A stretch of DNA of 64,000 nucleotides from Klebsormidium nitens (Eukaryota; Plantae; Klebsormidiophyceae), in contig DF237004.1 in NCBI GenBank assembly GCA_000708835.1, positions 69,480 to 133,479 on the forward strand, written 5' to 3'. Positions 22,819 to 33,682 of the stretch are shown piece after piece. Position 1 is the stretch's first letter. Each line of letters starts with the position of its first letter. The notes beneath the pieces are model-generated. The model was not told where the DNA came from. It searched no databases and saw only the letters and a program-made list of their open reading frames with translations. A program made the translations under genes and the position numbers.

Positions 22819-25800
22819 TCAAGGCTTATAATCCTTTTCCTTCTTCTCGTCCTTCTTTTCCTTCCTCTCCTCCTTCCTCCCCTCCTTCCTCTCCTCCTTT
22901 TTCTCCTCCTTCTTGCGCTCGGGGGAAGGCCCCGGGGAAGGTCCGAAGGGCAGCTTCGGGACAGTGGGCGCGGAAGCCCCCTCCGTGCCAAAGGGCAGCT
23001 TCGGGACAGTCGGGGCGCGCTTCTCCCTTAGGTACTCGTCAAACTTCGCCTCGGGGGGGATCCCCACGTCCGGCGCCGGAGGCTCGCTGTTGAACGGAGT
23101 TCCGGGCAGGAACGGAATCTCGTCAAAGCGCTCGTCAACCGTGTTGGGGTCAGCGAAACCGGTCTGGTCGTAGGCCGGGTAAACGGTCCCCGGGCGGGTG
23201 CTGCGGTAAACCGGGCCGAGGGGGGTGGGCAGGTTAATGCGCCCATTCACACCGTTGGGGAAGAAGCCGCCCTTGCCGTCCTCGGCGCCGAAGGTCAGGA
23301 TGCTCAGGACCTGCGATGGAAATAGGCGCGGGTTTAGGCGCAAGGGTGTGAAAAGGCACAAGGCGCAAAAAAACGGCAGGAAGATCAGTGTAACATGGTC
23401 TAGGAATGACTGGATCGACTCGGCTCGACGAGTAAATGATGACTCGGTTTGATTAGAGACTGGAGTGATCCAATGCTCGAGTTGGAAGAGGTTGAAAGAT
23501 CGGGAAAGATGATTCGTATGTGAAAAGGGCACAAAACGGACTATCTTTTTCCACAAGCAAGCCGCGCTCGAAACGGATGATCCAGTCGGCAGCACACCAG
23601 AGCAGGTGTGGTTCCTGTTCTCACTCGCTGGCGGCAAGCTCTGACGACATTCCCGAAGCAATCCAAATTCTATTCAGTTACACTATTAACCGGCCAATCG
23701 TTCGTTCTTTGGCTTCAGTCCCTTGCATTAGGTGAGGAGAGGAGACATGTCGTACCTGTTGGGGTGTGCGCGAGTAGGTGACGCCGTTCGCGTCAGTGGG
23801 CACGATGTTGATGCCGCCTCTGTAGAACAGCGGCTGGTCATCATCCTGTACGGCCGGAGGAAGGAGTAAATATTCACGGAAGAGAACGCTGGAAAGTCGA
23901 CGTCAGATCTCAAGCGGACTGCAAGAACGGCCCCAGAGACTTCAAGACTTTGAAACAACAGCAGAAGAGAGAAGGACCGCATTTCGAAGCATGTGCAAAT
24001 GTTTCCAATCGTGTGAAGAAGATGCTGTCAGGATGTAAGAGCGTCGAATCCCAACAATCCCTACACTCCTCAGCTTTGCAATTGAACGAAAATCACAGAT
24101 TCTCGCATTCGTACGATGCAACAATTCTCAATTTTCGGACACGATTTGTTTGCTAGGACGCTTTGAGAAGGGTTGTGGACCTTGTTTTGGACGACGTAGG
24201 AACCAGAACCTTATGAAGCAAAACTAGCGTCTCAAAGCCAAGCTTCAGACCCACCTGCGGACCGTCCAGGCTGTCGCGGTACTCGGAGATGGCCTCCACG
24301 ACTTGGGCAACGGTCAGCTTAAACGGCTCCACCAGCCTGTTGCGCCGCTCCCACAGAATCCACCGCTGCGCGGCCGCCTGGTAGCCGGCCGACACCGCCA
24401 AACCCGCGGCGCCGTCGCGCATGGTCGCGTTCTCCATCAGCACCGTGATGCCCTGGTTAGCGGTTGAAACGAGTGGGTTAAAACAAGGGTTACTTACTCT
24501 TTCATGAAAGATGTACGCGGAGTTTCTGATACAGGGTCTTGATGCCTCAGAAGAGGCAATTGAGACAGGATGCCATTTGAAGGCGGTTACTTCCGCGTTC
24601 ACTCTTCATTAGACATCAAATCAAAGAACAGATTTGGACCTCAGTTGCGGAGTCAAAGTCGGAGGCAAAGGACTCGAGAAGCAAGAAGAGCTCTTTATGA
24701 AAATTACAAAGAACTTGATCTGAAACTGTCAAACGTAGCGTAGACGTTCTGGACAAGGACGGCTTCGACGAATCTTCGACACGTTCTGAGTGTCCGCAAC
24801 CGAAACGCTTTGCAGACCTTCAGACCTCAAGACCACAAGGAGTAAACCCAGAGCGGACGCTCGTAACCCGAGGAAAACTGATTGAACGTGCCTGGACGGA
24901 ACGAGAAGAGACCATCCAGACATTTTCAGCGGATCGATTCTGGAACAGCAGGGCAGCACAAACTCAGACTTAACCACCTGAACTCAGAACAAAACCACAT
25001 AAAGCTTTTTACCGACGCTAACAGCCTGTAACCTTGAATTCTGGAACCGGCCCCGCCAACCCTGTCTCCGGTGGGCCGATCTCCTCGAGCGCCAAGATGG
25101 CAGATTGTATTTTAAGCGTTGCTTATCCAGGCCAGGTTACATGTGGTTTTCCCCTGGTTTCCTAGGGGTTTAAAAAACGGGTTGACCCCTAGAACTGCCC
25201 ACCTTGTCCCCGGTGGCGCCGATCTCCTCGAGCGACCAGATGGCCAGGAAGATAGTGACGTCATCGAAGTAGGGGTCGAAGAAGGGGGGCCCCGCGTACT
25301 TCTTGCCGAACTTGTGCGTGACCGCGTTCCCGAAGTAGTCCGCGAACGCGGTGAAGTTGAGGAGGGGGCACGGGGAGGCCAGATCCGCAATCGCCTCGCG
25401 GATTAGCCTGGCACCGGAAAGGGTTTAGAAACGGGTTAGCAGGTTAACGGGTGTGAGTGACTTGGCGCGGCGCGCATGCCGCAAACTGGGTGAAGTTGAG
25501 GGGGGACGGGGAAGGCCAGATCCGCGATCCCCTTGCGGATCACCCTGGCGAGGGAAAGGGTTTATGATTGGGTTAGCCGCTTGAGTAGGTCTGCATCCGT
25601 GCCATCTGAAGGGTAGAGGGTTACCTCGCGACGGGGCCGGTTGGCAAGAAAGAAGGGTCTCAAAGCGGGTCACTTGTCTGACCGGCGAGAAAACAGTTGG
25701 TGGAGGCGGGGGGGTCAAAGAATGGCTTATCTAGTTGGTTTTGTGCCAACGGATGCTTGAGAACGGATTGCGAGAACCTACTGCGAAGCGGAAAGGACGG

Positions 25801-27220
25801 GGCCTTCAATAAACCTGTCTGACGGAATGAAAGGCCTTGTTCGCACTTGATCGAAGGCACTTTTAGGTCGCGACCAGCCACGTTTCTCTTCCCTTTGCTT
25901 TGACCAGCATGAGAGAGTCTGGCATGATGAAGCTTCGCGATTCGCAGCCGCTCCCAGCACAGAGCGTCTTGCAAAAGCGCGCGCGCGCGCTCACCTGACG
26001 TGGCCCGCCTCGTCGCGCGCGGTCTCCTGGGCGAAGGGCAGCAGCTCTGGCGAGATGTTGGCCCGGTTGGCGCCGATCGGGTCGGGCCCTCCGGCGACCA
26101 GAGCAGGGTCGAGCGGGACTCCGAAGGCCGCCCACGAATCGAAGCTGGCTTCCAGGCACTCGGTGTTGGTCAGGAAGTTGTACAGGTCGAAGTCGTTGTA
26201 GCTCTGGCGGGCCGCAGAGCCGGCTGCGCGGAACGAGCGGAACAATAATGGAACGGACGGAATGGTGAGCGGGAAGCGAGTTGAAAATAGACGCTCTTTT
26301 CTGTCGGTGGGCGTTTGGGCAAGCGTGACAGGTGGGCGACTGTTTGCAGGAACATATTGTCAAACTCTGTCGTGCGAAAGAAGTCCGAAGATTTCGGACA
26401 CTTTACATACACTTCTCGTTCAGTAAGGCTCCGCAATTCCTCTTTCTGCAGAGTTCTCTTCCAACAGAAGCGTCTGATCTGCAAATCGCCCCTGGACCTC
26501 TTGAGAATTTCATTCCAACGACTTCAAACTCTCAAAAGATATCCTGCTACGTTTGAACTGTTGTCAACAAGGAAACGAGACCGGGGCACTCACTGGCCAC
26601 TTGAAGGAAGGTGCTCTCGACGAAGGTCCTGTCGGGAAGCACCCCGCCATTGAAAACGACCGGCGGCTTTCCGGGCAGCGCGTTCGTCGGCTGCGCCGCG
26701 GCCGGCCCCGCGGCCGCGAGCACGAGCGCCGCAGCAGCAAGGATGTACGCGAGCTGAGCGCGCGGATATCAAATAACCCTCAATTGCGTATTCAGGAGTC
26801 GATGCAAAACGTAGATGCAAGCCCAGGTTTCGAAGCAGGATGCAGCTACAGACACATCGAATTGGCTGTTCCTTGTGTACAGCGATAGCGCCCGTCTGCT
26901 CCATTCCTTTGAGAGACTACGGCCCTGTAAGTGGGCTGACTGGAAAACACTACGAAAGAAAGAGACCTACTCCTCAAGAAAATCCATGCAGATACTCATG
27001 AAGGACAGAAAGGTGCAAGCTTCTCAAACCAATCACGGCAGCGGACAAGATTGCTTGCCACATGCTACTTGGAACCTTTATTCAGCAGCCAATAGACTTT
27101 CTATTGTAGAGCGACCAACGCGCTCTCGGCCCACTTCTATGGCTGTCAAAAGACAAAAACAGGTTGACCAAATGAAGACGATTTCGGACAGGTTGGTTTT
27201 AGAGAAGCACTCACCGCCAT
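22819..27220 (-). CDS. Secreted PCC13-62-like desiccation-related protein, paralog B, with APTVPKLPFG x2 and Lys/Glu-rich tail
   Basis: Exons 27220-27215 (ATG GCG|gtgagt), 26753-26594, 26223-25995, 25407-25203, 24452-24255, 23845-23756, 23310-22819. Internal exon sizes 229, 205, 198 and 90 nt are identical to paralog A. Confidence 0.87.
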
Positions 27221-27526
27221 ATTTTCCACCGCTTCTTCACGCAAAAAGAAGAGCCGAGAGAGAGGGCGTTGCGGGGGAGCAAAAGCTTCAAGGGAGCGGT
27301 GAATGATAGAATGATTCTGTAGGCGCCTGGAAGCGACTTTCATAGGCCCACTTTCTGCTGGCCTGCGCAATCGGCTGGTGAGTCTACTGATGGTCTGAGG
27401 CGCCTGCAAGACTCGGGCAGCTCTATGATGCAGTCATGATTGCGTGTGTGGCGCAGTCACCCTTGCTCCAATGTTGAATGCTGATAGCAGACGAAGTCAT
27501 CCACATATAAGGGCTTTGAAATGAAC

Positions 27527-27536
27527 GGCCACGTGT
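27527..27536 (-). promoter_or_regulatory. G-box/ABRE-like element upstream of paralog B
   Basis: GGCCACGTGT ~310 bp upstream of the ATG at 27220. Motif match only. Confidence 0.3.
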
Positions 27537-28884
27537 GATGGATTGCAAGCGAAGCAAGCAGCCTCTGCCTTTTCGACTACCGGAGAGCATTAATTTCGTG
27601 TGCCCATGTGCCGATCCTTGCAACGGTGCTTCTTGTTGACTATTTCGGGCCCTGTCCGAATTTTGGTTTGTATTTCTCGATGCGCCGCTTCGCAGGTTCA
27701 CAGAATGATTCTGTTTTGCAATTGTCAGACAGAGTTCCTGTACACGTTCGAGCAATGTCGGAGCATACAGCAGCAACGGTGAATGCCAACAGAACACCGA
27801 TGCCCGAGCACATCAATGATGAGTTTCTCGCTAAGTACACTACATAGCAGGAATATGATAACGATGTAAATCTTGTCACTAATGTGCACAAGCTTCAAGT
27901 GCACCGTACAAGTTCCCATTATTGAACTTAGAACATTCTTGAAGGTTCAGTTGCTCCACGTCCGGGGCCCCTGTGAGAATCTCAAACTCTAGCTGCCTTA
28001 GTTGACCTGTTATCAACCGCAGATTCTTTGGTCAACCTCGGAAAGCACGAACGAGATTTCCTTCATCAGTGAATCTTGCAGAATCATTCAGTCTAAGTCA
28101 TATTCGATTCCTTTTTAGGCGTTCTAGCGAAAGTAGGCCGTCCATCTTCGCCTATAGTCGATTCACACAATACATGGCAGCTTCTACTAGGGTTGCAAAG
28201 TGGCATATGAGTGTGCGCCTTTCGACTCCGATTCTTGAGGTACTCAAGAGTTGCCTCCATGCCAAAGAACGACAGAAGGATACAAATGGGCGTGATAATC
28301 CCTGTACGTACGTGTTTGACCCACTTGATACACCGTGCTGATGCAACAATTTAAGCCTCAATTTAGCACCCTCGGGGGTGTCGGCCTTGAAATTACTACG
28401 TAGGAGGTGCGTGCAAGCGACTCAGCTTTAGCTAGCGCATGAATGTGTTAATGTGGCAAACTTCTTGGTTTCCCTGTATCTGCAGGCTCTGATTGGCTGT
28501 TTTACTGGAGATTGAGATGACGCGTCAGCTTCTTGGTCGACACGCAGTCCACGATTCCGGTCGACTCACAACCGGGCCAGGCCTTTTGTTGCTCGCGCAC
28601 AGCTTGTTGAGCGAGCCACAACTCCCGCTTAGGTGACGTGCATAATGCAGGCGGTGCGTGACGGTTGTCTGCCCAGCGCGCGATACCGTATGTGGCTTGC
28701 GCATTTCGAAGTCATGGACAGGTCACAGGCCGCATGGGCGCCCGGGCGGCGGGCGCCAGGGAGTCGGGACTCACTCGACACGAGCCGCGCGAGGTTTGCC
28801 TCCGGAGCTGCGCCGTCAATTGCTCATTGCGTTGATCAATGCATGATGCAAGGTGCTGCATGACCTGTTCTTTTCAGTAAGGGC

Positions 28885-29100
28885 CTCTCAAAAGCCCGTG
28901 CCCAGCAGAGGCATTCATGCGTGATCGCAGCTCGTTTTGAGAACGATATCAAGGGAGAGTTTCTAGAATTTTCTGCTGATGTTTTCCAAGCTTCCCTTGG
29001 GTCTCTTCTCAGAAGCCCGTGCCCAATAGCTCATCAAGGAGTGATCACAGTTCCATTGAGGACAATTGCGAGGGAGAGTTCCAGAGTTTCTGCTGCAGCC
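28885..29100. repeat. Degenerate tandem duplication, period ~121 bp, just upstream of the hydrolase ATG
   Basis: AAGCCCGTGCCCA...GTGATC.CAG...AGGGAGAGTT.C.AGA.TTTCTGCTG occurs at ~28890 and ~29011. Confidence 0.75.
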
Positions 29101-29213
29101 CGCAGATTAGCTGCGTGTGAGCCAGTTAAATCATAAGCATAAAGTAAGGGAGGGAGGAAACATTCCCACTCTTCTAAATCGGCTCAGTCTGCTCAATCTT
29201 CCAATGTGAGCGT

Positions 29214-31934
29214 ATGGCGCGAGTCGAAGCTGCAAGCACTTGGAAGATTTGGAAGGGGTACGTGGACACCCCGGAGGGCCAGGTGCACTACCACCGCTGC
29301 GGATCGGATGGCGCACATCCCCTGATCTTGCTGCACCAATGGCCGGATGGGGCGACACAATGGGATCCAATGTTGCCAGGTAGGTGGCAGATGCAAACTG
29401 GTGATTCAAGCTTACGTTCTCTGGTATGAGCTCCTATGCGTGCATCCTTGGTGTTGTTGGGTGAAGATACCACGGTAGATACATACCCCGATTGGATCAT
29501 GCCTCCTTGGAGAAAGGACAATTGGAGGTGTGCAAGTCAATAAGAGCGTCAGCTACTTTTGCAAGATAGAGAATGTCTTCTGCATCTTCACATCATGTAA
29601 GAGAACAGGACCTTGAGCTATTGAGCAGGTGTCGCTCAGCAATGCGTTGCGGGTGCTGTCAATAAGCTCTTCTTAGGCAAGCCTGAGCTGCATTTCAAGA
29701 TGCAGCTGATTATCACACCTTGAACACACTTCAGGAAACGCCACCACTAGCTGTGCAGCTTGAGCTGCTTTCGGGGCGTCCAGCAAACTGCCGGATCCTT
29801 TTTTCAGCTGGTTCACTGGTTGAGAGCTGTCACTCTGCTTTCTGCAGACTCCACAGGTTTCAATCGTTTGATGAAACCAGCAGGTCTTGCTTGAGGCAAG
29901 GCAGTTTTGTTGCAGTCGTTAGCCTGGTACTGTGCCCCAGCTAGTGTTCTCTTGATTCTTTTCATCTTGCCATTTCTTGATCATGAGTCCCCATATCAGC
30001 CGAGCTCCTTCACAAAGACCTGGTGCGTTTGGAACCCTCCTACAATCTGCCTCATTGGGTACGTTGCCTTTGGAAAGTCCTGGGGACACCCTTCGGGCTA
30101 TGTCCAGTTCCTTGGGTCCGAGTCCTTTGGTGGAACTGCTCCTCACAAGACTTCAACATGATCCATGCATTTGCACCCTTAAATGATGTCCTCCCTCTCT
30201 GCAGTGCTTGCTGCTAAGGGCTTCCTTGCTATAGCGCTGGACATGCCGATGTTTGGACAGTCCTACAAACCAGAGGAGGAGCCAGATTTGGGGGGCTTTG
30301 CAGAAGGTGTCCTGGCCGCGGTGCAAGCCCTGGGGTATCAAGGCCCAATGGACTATGTGGGGCACCACTCCGGTAAGTCAAACAGCATTGCATTCAGATG
30401 TGATTGAGACGTAATGAGACATGCTTATGTTATATGCGTCACATTCAGTTCAAAATCTGGATGGTTGTTGCGGGTGGATACCCCATTTGTACTCAATGAA
30501 ACAAGTCACTGCAGGCGAGGTTTCTTGAGAGTTCATCCAATGATTAAAAGCTTCTCAAAGAGGTGATGAGAGGCGATCCTTGTGTAGATGCGAGAAAGCA
30601 ATGAAAAGGTCACTTGAAGGCTTTGACCAGTGTTGACTTCCCAAGTTCGCTTTCCACGCTTTCCTGTTCTTTCACCTGATGAAAGCTTGATAAGCCAAGT
30701 GCATAACTGAAAGAACGAGCTTCTTCGATGCAGTAAGGCCTCTGACTCTTGGTACTTGCCTAATCAAACTGAAAAATGTTCTGCTGTCCAAGAGCTACTG
30801 TTATGTCTGAAACAATCAAGTTCTACTTCATTCAGTGGCAAATAATCGGAGACCTCAGAATTCATGATCAAGAATGACTTTTATATCTTTGCGCTTTTCA
30901 TGCCTAAGTTTCTCCGTCTGCTGCCCTCATGCTGACAACTTCTGAATGACTGAACGAATGCCGAAAGGGCCCATCGTAATTGTGCTACGATTCTCACCCT
31001 AGGGCGCTGTTAAGGGGCCGGGAATCCTTCTGCTTGAAAGGGAATGGCAGGCTTGATTCACAGAGCTGGCAATCATTGCGTTCTCCAGAGGTGCCGGGGT
31101 GGCCATGTGGCTAGCCGCCAACCGCGTCGACTCCGTCAAACGACTGGTCCTGTGGGGTGTCCCCGTGCTTACCCCGGAGCTCTTCCGGCGATTCAAGAAT
31201 GAGGCGGCGCCGGTTTACGACGACGACGGAGAAACGATAGCCGCCGCCTGGAAAGCCACGCGACTAGCCATGCCCTCGCTGTCAACAGATCGGGCGTTGG
31301 GCGTCCTGGTTGGACGGCTGCAGATGAAAACCGATGCCGTGTGGATGCACCATGCGGTTGCGGACACTGACTTCGAAGAGCTGGCGACTCAGGCGAGGCC
31401 CCCTTCTGGTTGCAGCCATCTGCCACTGATTCATCACTTGCAAGAGTGTCAAGCAGGGGCCCTGATCTGTTTGTAATGTACAATGGTTCTTTGCTTCCGG
31501 TTCTCCCTCGAAGAGTACTTTGATTCGCAACTTCGACCAGCCAACTCGGTACTTTCACAAAGGTTTGACATGGAGGTTAGGTGCATGTACACGAGTCTCG
31601 CTGCCCGGGTGGCTGCTCTTGCGATTCAGAATGTCGCAACAAGGTGCAAGTTCAGTTGGAGACAATCCTTTCTTACCGGTTTTTGGTGCACCTGTGATTC
31701 AACGAGTCTGCAGCAGATCAAAGTCGGCCCAGGTTTTGAAGTGGCAACTCCTTGCAGGTTCAACAACCGGTTCTTTGCCTAGCAAGCGACAAGGAGATAC
31801 TGGGCCCAAACACACGCAAATGTACGTCTCTATTTCCCAATGCCGTGTATGTTGACATCCCAGGGGCGGGAATCTGCGTTGCGAATTCCCACCCGCACGA
31901 GTTCGTCCAAGCAATCTCCCAGTTTGTGTCTTAG
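29214..31934 (+). CDS. Alpha/beta-hydrolase fold protein, non-canonical (GHHSG elbow, no catalytic His)
   Basis: Exons 29214-29379, 30205-30372, ~31091-31392, 31758-31934. Motifs GYVDTPEGQVHYHRCG, PLILLHQ, AIALDMPMFGQS, YVGHHS, VKRLVLWG, QQPVLCLASDKE, DIPGAGICVANSHPHEFVQAISQF. Exon 3 boundaries are uncertain (GAG acceptor, GC donor). Confidence 0.82.
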
Positions 31935-33682
31935 TACTTTAGCTTCGTCAGTCTTCCCAATGTCCTTAGATAAGAATCCAGTTGCAGTGATTGGTATGAA
32001 TCAATCCAAGGGTTGAAAAGAATGTGAACCCACCTGTATTTGAGAAGCCTACATCCATGTCATGGATGCCTCGGCGTGATACATTGATTAGCATCGAACA
32101 AGTGTTCTTACAAGTTTAGCTCTTGATTGGCTTTGCCTTGTAGTAGGATCCAGTGTGTTGCTAAGATTAGCCCCATGTATAATATCGAGAGACAATTGCG
32201 GTTTGATAGTTGCGAAAAAGTTTGAACTTAAGAGGTTGTGGATTGAACGACTTTTTAATCAAAGTGACAGGTTAACCTGGAGGCATTGCGCCCGCTGGGC
32301 TCGAAGGCTGCGGACCCTGAATCGCAAAGTAATCCAGACCTTGATCTCCACAACAAGCACTTCCATCTTTATCGGTTAGTGCACAGAATAAAGAAGGGAG
32401 CCGGGAAAGTGAAGCAGGGGGAAAGTCGAGCAATATGGTCAGAGTAAGTGGTTAGTCTGCGTGTTTGCTTTCTTGCACATTAAGTGGAGTTACAATGCAT
32501 GCTCATAACCGGGTTTCATCCGACGCGCTATATGGTCTTTTGCATTTCTGTCGTACGGTTTCAAGATATGGAATGTATCTGATTCTAACTCTGGAGGTCA
32601 CGACCATTCGGATTTAAGCCGATTCAAGTTGTCGGAAAATCCATGCAATCGATAGTACGTACTAGTTGGTGCCTGGCCAATACAGCCCGCTATTATGACC
32701 GCGTCGCGATACAATGGCAATTCATGATTCGATCACTCGAACGATTAATCTGATTGTCATGTGTGATATGCTTGCGACTGTGATGCAACCGTCGGAGTAT
32801 ATCAGTTACTGCATGAGATAAGTGCCGGCAGCTCGCAAAGAATATGTGCGGCCACCATGTGCAAGCTCTGCACACTCGTCATCAGATTTTTAGATTCCGA
32901 TCATGGAGAGACCACGATCATGGCTAGCCCTTGCGCATGCGCGTATACTTCTAATGTTCTCCAATTATGCAATGCAATGCACCAGACCGGACCCGAATTT
33001 TGGATCTCCCGGCACGTTGCAGCTATCGACCATGCATACGCACTTTATTGCAAACAATGAAAACAATGAGTTTGCACCCCATGCAATCATAATGATGGAC
33101 GCTAAGTTTCAGAACCATAATCTAGGATATAGCAGAAGTCGAGCGAAGACCAGCCAAGCGTGTTAACACAAACGATACTTGATTAAGAAGCCTAGACAGA
33201 GCGCGCTGCACTGGCTAGCTCACACGCTGATATAACATGACGAGATGTGTAGATAGCCATGCACTGCCTGAGGGCCAGATGCAGACACATGCGTGGTTCG
33301 ACGGCATCATTGCATGCTGCATGTCCCCAGCAACTAACTTCAGTGTCTTCCGAAGCAGGCACACTCCCCCAACGACATGCTTGCAGCCCGCTCAGATGTG
33401 AACAGATGCAAAGACCATTTTCAAAGGCGACCGATTCATCATCGGACCTTTGATCCCCTCAATGAGCCTGTCACAACGTCCGCATCATACACACTCTCAG
33501 ACTCAAAACTGCCACTCCCCTCTCTGTGCTCATACCGCGCCCTTTCGGACGCTTCCAGACACCCTTGGTTGCACTTGTACGTCCAGCCTCCAACGTGCTC
33601 TAACCAGTGTCACCAACAAGGCACGCCTGCGCCTTGCCCTCTCTCACCCCTCGTAAACTCGACCCTTGCTCGAGAAACGAGC

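Noticed and set aside
27470-27600. LYVDDF on the minus strand, resembling a reverse-transcriptase YxDD motif
   Set aside because: It lies in a ~40-codon stretch bounded by stops, with no other RT motifs, LTRs or TSDs visible.
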